Source: a virus | Lineage: Duplodnaviria > Caudoviricetes | Length of the DNA: 39,268 nucleotides | Reading direction: 5' to 3' (one strand) | Virus record (IMG/VR): IMGVR_UViG_3300042890_001542 | Coordinates: 1-39,268 of that record | Part shown: one piece after another, positions 28,411-36,672 of the stretch | Layout: every line of letters starts with the position of its first letter | How positions within the stretch are numbered: the stretch's first letter is position 1 | Made by a program: the position numbers and the translations under genes | Notes under the pieces: generated by a model | Databases searched by the model: none | What the model saw: the letters and a program-made list of their open reading frames with translations, nothing else | Told to the model about the DNA's origin: nothing

Positions 28411-28535
28411 TGAACCAACTATCGCCTGAGGAGCAGCGTTTCGTGGACAAAACAGTTGAAGTCATCTACTTCGCAGGATTGGCAGCAACGTGTGTTGCCA
28501 TCCTGTGGTGGATCATCGGAAAGATCACAAAATAG
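28407..28535 (+). CDS. Small membrane protein (42 aa)
   Basis: ATGA overlap. One TM segment (VIYFAGLAATCVAILWWIIG). Confidence 0.55.
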   Translation: MMNQLSPEEQRFVDKTVEVIYFAGLAATCVAILWWIIGKITK

Positions 28536-28540
28536 TGGAT

Positions 28541-28798
28541 ATGTATGAACTTGTACAAGAAAAAGCGTTGTGCGCGCATTGCCGCAAACCAGTTACAAAG
28601 AATGACCTAGTTATGTGGGTTGAGGATGCAGAACCCTTTGATGTTTATTTAGTTCATCGAAAAGTCGTGAACAGCGAATGCGACCCAGCGATAACTAAAT
28701 TCTTAAATGACTTGTACCCCGACCTGCACGAACAAACTCTTCATATTGACAATTTTCTTGAAATAGCAAATGACAGATTAAATCAAAACGACAACTAA
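28541..28798 (+). CDS. Hypothetical protein (CAHC motif)
   Basis: Last gene of the rightward operon, convergent with the recombinase-like gene. Confidence 0.55.
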   Translation: MYELVQEKALCAHCRKPVTKNDLVMWVEDAEPFDVYLVHRKVVNSECDPAITKFLNDLYPDLHEQTLHIDNFLEIANDRLNQNDN

Positions 28799-28820
28799 TA
28801 ACACCAGCGTGTCGGCAAGA

Positions 28821-29720
28821 TCACGAAATAACTGAGTCAGGTGCAGAACCCGACCCAAATCTGTTCCCATCAGGCTCGACCATAATCTGAGCTATTACAT
28901 CAGCCTGGCTAACTAAAGCGACAGGGTCAAGCAACCGCAAAGTCTGACGGACATACCGATCATTTTTATGACCAAGCCATTTAGCAATCACCGCAGTCGG
29001 TACACCCCGGTCAAATTGCCTACGGACAGCCCAACGCCGCATATCCTGCACCGTAAGCCGACGACCGACAGCACCCGAAGCGACATCATTAATCGTCTCA
29101 GTCGCGTGCTTAGAAGTAAATTTGCCACCGAGAGTCGTAGTCTCAGCGAACACCGCTGTCAGACCAAGAGTCAACACTTCAAGACGACCGTCCACCGGGA
29201 TCTCGCGCCTGTTACCTCGACGAGAACGCACCGTGACCAGCGTCTTCCCTTCCCATGTCCGAACATCCGTCTTACGAATTCGGAGAGCTTCAGCGCAATC
29301 ACAGCCACCCCAGGCGACCATCGCAGCGAGCCATTCCCACCGAGGCCCACGCTGAGAGAACGCTGACATGACCAGCACCATCTCATCATCAGACGGCACA
29401 GTTGAATTATCAAGCACGATGACACGCTTCGGCATCTTGACCGAATGCAGACCGTGAACCTTAAGAACACCAGCATCGACCAGCGCATCCATCCACTTAG
29501 CGACCCCACAAACACGCGAAGCAACCGACGTTGATGTGTACTGCGAAGCCATCCAATCCACAAACAGTTGAGCGTTCACCGCCGTGCAATCCAAAGGATG
29601 AATGTCCACCAAAGCACACCACCGTTGCCAGGTCATGATGTCTTTTTTATACCGTTTACGAGTATGAATCGAGGCATAACCCCCAAGATGATGAGCCGTA
29701 ACAGAGCGAACAGAAGCCAT
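28821..29720 (-). CDS. Tyrosine recombinase (XerC/D-integrase)-like protein with degenerate active site
   Basis: SAM-like N-terminus (S.HT...Y..D...W..W), box I GCDCAEALRI, RREIPV, box II VQDMRR...IAKWLGH. Confidence 0.75.
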   Translation of the reverse strand: MASVRSVTAHHLGGYASIHTRKRYKKDIMTWQRWCALVDIHPLDCTAVNAQLFVDWMASQYTSTSVASRVCGVAKWMDALVDAGVLKVHGLHSVKMPKRVIVLDNSTVPSDDEMVLVMSAFSQRGPRWEWLAAMVAWGGCDCAEALRIRKTDVRTWEGKTLVTVRSRRGNRREIPVDGRLEVLTLGLTAVFAETTTLGGKFTSKHATETINDVASGAVGRRLTVQDMRRWAVRRQFDRGVPTAVIAKWLGHKNDRYVRQTLRLLDPVALVSQADVIAQIMVEPDGNRFGSGSAPDSVIS

Positions 29721-29960
29721 AAACAATGTTTACCACACTAATTCAGAATTATTTGCCTTGAACGCACGCTGACAAGCCACATCAGCGAAAATATTTTGCG
29801 GTCACGCACGCTGCCAACCCACACCCAGGATCGGTTTGGGTTTTCCGGCCGCTCGCCGCTGGCCAGCTCGCTGTGTTGGCCGAGGTGTCGAGCTCGAAAT
29901 ACCCCAAACGCCCGCCACTATGACACGCCTTGAATATCGTCATGACGAAATCGACCCAAC

Positions 29961-29992
29961 AAAAAACCCGCACCAAATCGGCACGGGCTTTT
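29961..29992 (-). terminator. Rho-independent terminator of the leftward operon
   Basis: Minus strand GCCCGTGCC-GATTT-GGTGCGGGT then a T-run, about 20 nt after the stop at 30015. The G-U pairs work only on this strand. Confidence 0.8.
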
Positions 29993-30014
29993 CGTTCGGA
30001 TTATGTCGGCGCGC

Positions 30015-30299
30015 TTACTCGATGACACCCCGCGACCCGACCGCGTAAGCATGAACAACCGCGACCAACTCGCGCGCCGACTCTGCCGCGGGACGATCAA
30101 GAACAAACCAACGACCGCCCCCGCCGCCGATCTTCTCCAGCCACAACGACCAGCACCCGCGCGCCGTAGAGCCATACCGCCAACGGTAACCCGCAACCAA
30201 CGGAAGACCCCGCGCCACAATCGGCAAACAACCCGACCCGCACCGATGCCCCAACGGATCAAGCCCCGAACACGGCAAACGATCTACGCGATCAGACAC
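30015..30299 (-). CDS. Hypothetical protein, paralog B (MSDRVDRLPC...)
   Basis: GTG overlaps the upstream stop (GTGTCTGA). Aligns along its length with 30292-30567. Confidence 0.7.
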   Translation of the reverse strand: MSDRVDRLPCSGLDPLGHRCGSGCLPIVARGLPLVAGYRWRYGSTARGCWSLWLEKIGGGGGRWFVLDRPAAESARELVAVVHAYAVGSRGVIE

Positions 30300-30567
30300 G
30301 ACGACACCCAAGAACAAACGCCCAAACAATCACAACCAAATCGCCACCCGTGCGGCACGTCGGAAGTGATACCAAATAACCGCGCCCGCCGTCGTCGGAC
30401 TCACCCCAAACAGCCCAACCGCCACGCACACGACCCCAACGCCACGCATACCCACGAGGCAAGCGCGGCAACTCACGAGCCACCACGGGCAGACAGCGGG
30501 CGGAGTGTTTGTGATCGTGGTCGTGCTTAGACACGGCACACGGGAGCAGGTCTACACGATCAGACAC
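30292..30567 (-). CDS. Hypothetical protein, paralog A (MSDRVDLLPC...)
   Basis: Same GTGTCTGA overlap. Aligns with 30015-30299. Confidence 0.7.
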   Translation of the reverse strand: MSDRVDLLPCAVSKHDHDHKHSARCLPVVARELPRLPRGYAWRWGRVRGGWAVWGESDDGGRGYLVSLPTCRTGGDLVVIVWAFVLGCRRV

Positions 30568-30682
30568 AGCGAACCACCGCCCACGCGATCAACGCACCAA
30601 CCGCTACAAGCACCAACCCGCGAACATCCCAAGTAGCGACATCTTCGCACCATCCGAGATCACACTCATACGCGCCAATCAT
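30560..30682 (-). CDS. Small membrane protein (40 aa, MIGAYECDLGWC...)
   Basis: ATGA overlap with the GP88 stop, GGTGGTG RBS-like sequence, C-terminal TM. Confidence 0.55.
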   Translation of the reverse strand: MIGAYECDLGWCEDVATWDVRGLVLVAVGALIAWAVVRCV

Positions 30683-31665
30683 GACACCACCGCCGCACGA
30701 CGAACCCGAACAGCCACAGCAGCACCCAAACGCCCCGCAGACGCTCCGCGATTCTTCCCGCCGTGAAGAAGGAAGGTGACGCCACGCGCAGCCCCGTCGG
30801 GCAAACAAACGCGGCAAGCAACGCACGCACCAACGCCGAGCGCATCAGGAACAGCAGACGCCCGCCGACCATCCAACCCGACCACATGAGCCGCGACGCC
30901 TTGACCATCCCGCGCATACTTGCCAGTCGCAGGACATTCGACAGGAACCGCCACAGGAGCGGCAGCAACAGCACGAGCCCACAACGCGACCGCGTGCGCT
31001 TGATCGTCTGCCAACATGGCAAGCGGCAAGCCGAGCCGCGCACCGGAGCGCGCCATTCGATCTACATTCTCAGAGTCTGCCGAAAGCATCACCCGCAAGT
31101 TCTCCGGTACAGGCATCAGGCTTTTCACCCTGACCGCGTCGCGCGTGTAAATCCAATGGGCAACCGTCGGAGACGCGACCACCGCCGCACGGATTGCGCG
31201 CCCATACCATGCCGCAAATATGTCGCCGCCTGAATGCCAACGGAACGACGGACGCACAACACCGCGCCCCCGTTGCTGCTGCTCTGAGTGTTCGACACAA
31301 GCCACCAACGCGGCAACGACAGCCCGTTGACCCCCGCACTCTTTCAAGTGTTGAAGGTTCGAGAAATTCACCGACGCACCCCGCGCGAATGGCGCGTACA
31401 AGTTCTCAAGGTTCGCCGCGTAGCAGTCCACGCAAGCCGCCGTCGTGGCATCGCAAGACCCGCCAGTATCAAGAGGACCAACAGGGAGCGGAAACGCATT
31501 AGGAACCAATGCCGCCGCGCTGCCGTTCTTCTTGATCTGAACCAATGGTGCTGTCTTCGCGTCGTGGTGCAGCATGAACCGCAACGACTCGCCGCACTTG
31601 CACGAGACAACAACCCCGCCGCCGATCTTCGCAACGACTGTCGGCAACCAATCCGCGCGGCTCAT
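30679..31665 (-). CDS. GP88-family protein (Cys-cluster, radical-SAM-like), copy 1
   Basis: F.LP...SC-x6-C-x2-CYA, FRWHSGGDIF, WIYTR, PENLRVMLSAD, CPAT, CVACRVC. Confidence 0.75.
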   Translation of the reverse strand: MSRADWLPTVVAKIGGGVVVSCKCGESLRFMLHHDAKTAPLVQIKKNGSAAALVPNAFPLPVGPLDTGGSCDATTAACVDCYAANLENLYAPFARGASVNFSNLQHLKECGGQRAVVAALVACVEHSEQQQRGRGVVRPSFRWHSGGDIFAAWYGRAIRAAVVASPTVAHWIYTRDAVRVKSLMPVPENLRVMLSADSENVDRMARSGARLGLPLAMLADDQAHAVALWARAVAAAPVAVPVECPATGKYARDGQGVAAHVVGLDGRRASAVPDALGVGACVACRVCLPDGAARGVTFLLHGGKNRGASAGRLGAAVAVRVRRAAVVS

Positions 31666-31913
31666 GACACCACCCCCAAACATTCAGCATGAAAAACAGA
31701 AACAAACCCGCGCGCGTCTTCGGCGCGTGTTTCGGTATCGACGTAAATCTGCCCGCCGCATTTATCGCACTCGTAACCCGCACACATGGCACATAGAAAA
31801 CCGTCGCGGTATTCGCCCGTCTCGTAGTCTTCCCTGTCGGCTGGTATGCGATTAACAAACCGACCCGACCCGAACGCCGTCGACAAACCACAATCTAAAC
31901 ACGGGTCAATCAC
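31662..31913 (-). CDS. Cys-rich zinc-binding hypothetical protein (CLDC..GRFVNRIPAD..CAMC..CDKC)
   Basis: GTGA and ATGA overlaps on both sides, GGTGGTG RBS-like sequence. Confidence 0.7.
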   Translation of the reverse strand: MIDPCLDCGLSTAFGSGRFVNRIPADREDYETGEYRDGFLCAMCAGYECDKCGGQIYVDTETRAEDARGFVSVFHAECLGVVS

Positions 31914-32422
31914 AACACCACCGCCGAACCGCTCGCGCACTTATCGCACACAAAAGCAAACGAACGAGCGTCGCCCATGACATCCCACGGGACAACCGCC
32001 GCCACTAATGGATTCACCATAGTTTCATTACCGACATTGTCACATGATGCGCACACAATAAACGGAACACGCCGCCGAACATATTCGGGACCGTTCATAA
32101 ACGCATTCCACCGCGCAGCGTCCCGTCGTAGATCGGTCATGAAATTAGTCGGGACATCCTCGCCGCCAACAGTCAAAACGCGATTCACAAACGCGAGCGC
32201 ATCGTCAAACATCCACCCGTGAGGCTTGACCATGCCGCGCCCACCACTGAAAAGAAACAGCCCCGCGGGGTCTTCTTCACGAGACACAACCGCAAGCCGC
32301 GCGCCGTTATACATCACAACACAGATATCAGGCTGCGACAACGGACGCGAAACCGTCCCGCCGTAATAATCCGCAAGCCGCCGCGCCAAATCCGTCGGCG
32401 TGGTAATTAGATAACCCTTCAT
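31910..32422 (-). CDS. Hypothetical protein (170 aa), first gene of the leftward operon
   Basis: AGGGG RBS, downstream of a consensus promoter. C-terminal CASC...CDKC. Confidence 0.7.
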   Translation of the reverse strand: MKGYLITTPTDLARRLADYYGGTVSRPLSQPDICVVMYNGARLAVVSREEDPAGLFLFSGGRGMVKPHGWMFDDALAFVNRVLTVGGEDVPTNFMTDLRRDAARWNAFMNGPEYVRRRVPFIVCASCDNVGNETMVNPLVAAVVPWDVMGDARSFAFVCDKCASGSAVVL

Positions 32423-32482
32423 GATTAACCCCTATCTGATGACCGACCGCAGTCGGGCGAGATCGCACAACCTCACCCCTAG

Positions 32483-32512
32483 ATTATGCGCACACTTTCG
32501 GACGAATGTCAA
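32483..32512 (-). promoter_or_regulatory. Strong sigma-A promoter TTGACA-N18-CATAAT (leftward, probably early)
   Basis: Perfect -35 and 5/6 -10, 60 nt upstream of the ATG at 32422. Confidence 0.85.
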
Positions 32513-32712
32513 GTGTTAACCCCCGCCATTATTAGAACCACCAACCGAGACGGCCAGACCGCAAACTATTCGGCCAGAGACGCGCCCCGATTGGCCGCCC
32601 CTGTCGGTAAGCACGCTGACCCCGTCGCCTTGATGGCAACCGAGGAACGAGGACGCCAGCCCTACCCCGTAACCCATTGACCGACCGAACCCCGCGCACC
32701 CCATGCCCGAAC

Positions 32713-32750
32713 CTAGACCGCCAGCCTAGACCTACGCGCTAGACCGCCAG
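32713..32750. repeat. Short direct repeats: CTAGACCGCCAG x2, CTAGACC x3
   Basis: Seen at 32713, 32726 and 32739. Confidence 0.7.
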
Positions 32751-32899
32751 TCTGTTATGCCCCACCACCTACCTCGTGACCATGCCCAAACCCTGGCCGC
32801 ACCCCCCACCGCCCATTGGGGGGCCCCACCCCCCCTCTCCCTATTCACTCTCCCGTATTTTTCGACCTTTTTCAAAGGGTGTCCTTGCCGGGGGCTTGG

Positions 32900-33322
32900 G
32901 GTCTTCGACCTTGGTAGGTCAACTGATGCAAGGTCAAGGTCAAGGGCTTCCGCCGTTGGCGGCTAACGCCTCACCATCGCCACCTTGCAGGTGTCGAAGT
33001 TCGTTGTTGTCATCCGTGTGTTGTCACATCGGTGACTTGTACGTTGTCTCAGACCTTTCGGTCTGCCCCAATGCCCTACCGTTGGCGGCCCTACACCGTA
33101 CCAACACCCGAACCTTAACGATGTTCACTCGTTTCATTATTTAACTACCTACCCACGGCTTACTGGCTGGCATCCAATTCGACTGTTGGCTTGACTCCAC
33201 GCATGGGATCCGAACCCCCTTTCAGGTCACAATGTCCCTACGCTCCTGGTTAGACAGGCTTACTACGGGCGAGTTCCGCTTGGCGTGTCATCCCGACAGG
33301 CTCAAGCTTCGTAAGTTCGGTG
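32900..33322 (-). ncRNA. Candidate structured non-coding RNA (~420 nt)
   Basis: No convincing ORF. Many hairpins, including CAGACC-GAAA-GGUCUG. Extended -10 TGGTATTGT at 33336-33328. Confidence 0.45.
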
Positions 33323-33397
33323 ACATGACAATACCATGGGGCTGTATGGTGATAGTGTCAGTTTTTGTAACAGGACAAAGTTTATTTGGGAGAAGAT

Positions 33398-33682
33398 ATG
33401 GCAACTGTTGATGATTTGATGCGAACTGTTACAAGATTAGGTAACGATGCTCTTGTTGCTCAAGCCCGATTTGCGCTGGAGTCAGCCGGGATCTTCCTAA
33501 CTCCTGATATGTGTAAGGCAGCTTTTTGTGCGGCAGCGCACATTGTCGAGCTTGCGGAGCGTTCTTATGACGTGAACTCGTTGACAGCAGGCGAAATGGT
33601 CGCTACGCAGTCGGTTGGTTCGCTCGCAATGCAGATTTGGGCCACCCTTCACGACCTGACATCGGGCAAAGACCTTATATGA
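33398..33682 (+). CDS. Hypothetical protein (MATVDDLMR...)
   Basis: GGGAG RBS. First gene of the packaging operon. Confidence 0.7.
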   Translation: MATVDDLMRTVTRLGNDALVAQARFALESAGIFLTPDMCKAAFCAAAHIVELAERSYDVNSLTAGEMVATQSVGSLAMQIWATLHDLTSGKDLI

Positions 33683-34233
33683 CGATGCGTAAAGCGTTCG
33701 ATGACGCAGATGACATCATTGAAGGTATCAAAGGTCGTCGTCCGACCCAGTCGAAGCCCACCAAAGTGGTGGATGACTTAAATGGAGTGGTAATTATTTC
33801 TAAAGGCGAGGCTCAACAAGCCAAAAGAGCGTCCCGTGCAGCCGACATTGAAGAGGTTCGTGTCAAAAAGGTGCTGGAAAAGGAAGAACGACGCAAGTCA
33901 GCCGAACAATTAAAGGTATTGGGGCAAGATCTGCTTGCTTCAGGGGTCGCTAGTCGGGAAATACTGCCCAAATTGGCGCAATCCATCATTGTTGACCTCG
34001 GTTTACGCCTGGTTAGCAACGAATGGGAGATCAAGTCTGCCGAAGAAGCTACTAAGGTGGCGAAGATTTGGTATGACATCCTCAGGTTGGAGTCAGGCCA
34101 GGCAACAACGATCAACGAGAACCGCACCGGGAATCCCGAAGACCGTTTGTCACGCTTAGAAGAGTTAAGATCAGAAGCGAAAGCCCGTGTCGAGGCGGGT
34201 CTGCGAGCAATAGGGGATGGACAAAGCGGATGA
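33679..34233 (+). CDS. Putative terminase small subunit
   Basis: Helical, charged 184 aa protein with RLESGQATT, upstream of terL. Call is positional. Confidence 0.45.
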   Translation: MTMRKAFDDADDIIEGIKGRRPTQSKPTKVVDDLNGVVIISKGEAQQAKRASRAADIEEVRVKKVLEKEERRKSAEQLKVLGQDLLASGVASREILPKLAQSIIVDLGLRLVSNEWEIKSAEEATKVAKIWYDILRLESGQATTINENRTGNPEDRLSRLEELRSEAKARVEAGLRAIGDGQSG

Positions 34234-34973
34234 CAACTAAACCTGACCGTTTATTGACACAGAACAGCGAGTTACGCAAGGTCGGTGTGTGGAACTGGAC
34301 TTTGCCAGCGCACACTCTGAAACTTTCGGACGGCTCCTGGTTCAACACTTGCCCGAACGCTGGTGCTTGTGGCCGTGTTTGTTACGCCAAAATGGGAACA
34401 TACCTGTTCTCTAACGTGCGCCGTCGCCACCTACAAAACCTTGAGTATGTGTTGTACAACGAAAATTGGTGGCAAGAAATGGCTATCGAATTAGATCACA
34501 AACGATTCTTGCCAACAAACAAACCACATGATCTTCCCCACGATGAAAACGATCAATGGTTGCACCAATGGGTCTTAAGTGGTGGACGAGCTGTCCGAAT
34601 CCACGATGCAGGCGATTTCTTTAGTGCTGAGTACCTTTTCGACTGGATTGACATTGCTTACGAACATGACCACATTTTGTTCTATGCGTACACCAAAGAA
34701 GTAGAAATGCTCAAAAAAAGCAGTTACATACCTAAAAATTTGAGAGTCGTGTTCTCCTACGGTGGCAAACAAGACCACCTCATTGACCGGGAAACAGACC
34801 GTCACGCCGATGTCTTCCCCACCAAAGAAGCATTAGAAGCAGCGGGATACTTTGACCAGTCAGACAATGACCTACTTGCCGTCGTTGCACCAAGCAACAA
34901 GATTGGAATCGTGGCAAACAACCTGCCAGTCGCTAACAAGCGGTTTGCGGGTCGCACCATGAGCGAACTATGA
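34230..34973 (+). CDS. GP88-family protein, copy 2
   Basis: WTLPA...TC-x5-C-x3-CYA, VRIHDAGDFFS..Y, FYAYTK, PKNLRVVFSYGG. Confidence 0.8.
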   Translation: MTTKPDRLLTQNSELRKVGVWNWTLPAHTLKLSDGSWFNTCPNAGACGRVCYAKMGTYLFSNVRRRHLQNLEYVLYNENWWQEMAIELDHKRFLPTNKPHDLPHDENDQWLHQWVLSGGRAVRIHDAGDFFSAEYLFDWIDIAYEHDHILFYAYTKEVEMLKKSSYIPKNLRVVFSYGGKQDHLIDRETDRHADVFPTKEALEAAGYFDQSDNDLLAVVAPSNKIGIVANNLPVANKRFAGRTMSEL

Positions 34974-36541
34974 ACTTCCTGTCAGACGACGAGTTTGGTC
35001 AACTTACTGGGGCAGAACAAGACGAATACCTTCGACTGCTTGAGATTGACCTACAAGCATGGAAACTCACAGGCAACAAACGCCAAGAGAAAGCCCACGC
35101 CCTCGTCAAGAAGGTTGACTGGTTGCTGTACGGTGGCGCAGCTGGTGGTGGCAAATCCGAACTGCTCGCCTACCACGCCCACGAACTATCAGCCAAATAC
35201 CCCGGTCACCGCACACTCCTAGTGCGTACCGCACTCCCCGAACTACGCCGATCACTCATCATCCGATCCCAAGTCCGATACGCCCAACTAAACGTGGATG
35301 CAGCCCTGCGATCCATTGACAACGTTAAAGCCTGGTGGTACGGCAACGGATCCATTATTGAATACGGGTTCTGCGCCCGCGACGAAGATGTTGGTCAATA
35401 TATGTCTGCCGAGTACGACTTCATCGGTTTTGACGAAGCAACCCAGTTCACCCCCTACCAAATGCTTATGATGTCGGGCCGACTCCGTACCAGCCGAAAA
35501 ATGACTGCGCTAGGCGTACGAACCCACGTTATGTTTGCAACGAACCCTGGCGACCGTGGACACACATTCCTATACAAAATGCTGGTACAACCCACCCAAC
35601 ACGGCAAATACGCTGTTGTTTACGATGTGCGCGACGGATTTGAAAATCCTGATGTAGTACGCCGAGTCGAACTCCCCGACGACCCAGCAGAGATAGACAA
35701 ACTAGAAATACCCCACGACCCCACCGACCACCTCATCGTTGCGTTCGTACCGTCAACCGTGGACGACAACCCCCACATTGACCCCACATACCGCAAGCAC
35801 CTATCCATGCTCCCCGAAACAGAACGCAAACAAAAACTGTTAGGCGACTGGGACACCTTCACCGGGCAATACTTCTCCGAATTCAACAGAGATGTACACG
35901 TCGTCACCCCATTTGAAATCCCAGCAGAATGGCCACGCTACCGAGGAATTGACTTTGGTACAGCAAACCCCTATTGCTGCCTATGGGGAGCCTGGGATCC
36001 AGCCGACGGAACCTGCTACGTCTACCGCGAGGCATACCAAAAAAACCTCACCGCAGCACAACAAGCCATGCAAATCAAAGAAATGTCCAAAACCAGCGAC
36101 GGCAAAAACGAACGCATCACCGCCACCGTCATCGACCCATCCACCTACAGCAACGTCCAAGGCTTAGGACAAACCGTCGCAGGCGTATACAACTCACTAG
36201 GAGTCTCCACCAGCCGAGCCAAAAACGCCCGTATCTCAGGATGGCAAAACGTCCACCGCTACCTACAACCAGGCGTTATCAACGATGAGCCAAAATTAAA
36301 AATTTTCTCTACTTGCGAGCATCTGCTCCGCACCCTGCCCGCGATGCGCCACGACAAAACCAAAATTGAAGACGTTGACACCGACGACGAAGACCATGCA
36401 GTAGACGCACTCCGCTATCTGCTAGCCTGCCGTCCGTACAATGAAATCACCCGCAAACATAAGCACGCCACCTATGATGCGGAAGGTAGAGTACAAAGGT
36501 TCATGGAGAAGTTGGACAAAACAAAAAAGCGGAGATGGTAA
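34970..36541 (+). CDS. terL: Terminase large subunit
   Basis: Walker A YGGAAGGGKS, Walker B IGFDEATQF, ATNPG, nuclease motifs GIDFG and DHAVDALRY. Confidence 0.95.
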   Translation: MNFLSDDEFGQLTGAEQDEYLRLLEIDLQAWKLTGNKRQEKAHALVKKVDWLLYGGAAGGGKSELLAYHAHELSAKYPGHRTLLVRTALPELRRSLIIRSQVRYAQLNVDAALRSIDNVKAWWYGNGSIIEYGFCARDEDVGQYMSAEYDFIGFDEATQFTPYQMLMMSGRLRTSRKMTALGVRTHVMFATNPGDRGHTFLYKMLVQPTQHGKYAVVYDVRDGFENPDVVRRVELPDDPAEIDKLEIPHDPTDHLIVAFVPSTVDDNPHIDPTYRKHLSMLPETERKQKLLGDWDTFTGQYFSEFNRDVHVVTPFEIPAEWPRYRGIDFGTANPYCCLWGAWDPADGTCYVYREAYQKNLTAAQQAMQIKEMSKTSDGKNERITATVIDPSTYSNVQGLGQTVAGVYNSLGVSTSRAKNARISGWQNVHRYLQPGVINDEPKLKIFSTCEHLLRTLPAMRHDKTKIEDVDTDDEDHAVDALRYLLACRPYNEITRKHKHATYDAEGRVQRFMEKLDKTKKRRW

Positions 36542-36672
36542 TGGGAACAGGTATTTCAATCGATAAATTAAAGCCACGACGAAGAATTGGGTGGAGATCA
36601 AAGCACACTCAATATGACCGTACGGGTCGGCCAGTTGGCTCAAACACCATTAAAGGCAAGCGGGCATTCTGA
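36541..36672 (+). CDS. Small basic protein (43 aa, MGTGISIDKLKPRRR...)
   Basis: Not in the ORF track. Stop/start overlaps at both ends, GGAG RBS. Confidence 0.55.
   Translation: MGTGISIDKLKPRRRIGWRSKHTQYDRTGRPVGSNTIKGKRAF

Noticed and set aside
28821-29960. Functional integrase with attP, implying a temperate prophage
   Set aside because: Catalytic residues are substituted. No att core, repressor or flanking host genes are visible.
30003-31855. Long plus-strand Arg/Pro/Thr-rich ORFs (30003-30530, 30763-31233, 31288-31692 and others)
   Set aside because: Shadow frames of the minus-strand operon, which has a promoter, RBSs, coupled junctions, recognisable motifs and a terminator.
32920-33060. 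Possible hammerhead ribozyme (CTGATG on plus, CTGAGA and GAAA on minus)
   Set aside because: The CUGANGA core is incomplete on both strands and the three stems cannot be assembled.
32776-33144. Plus-strand 122-aa ORF over the non-coding region
   Set aside because: No RBS, low-complexity Pro/Cys product, and the region is better explained by hairpins and repeats. Not fully excluded.
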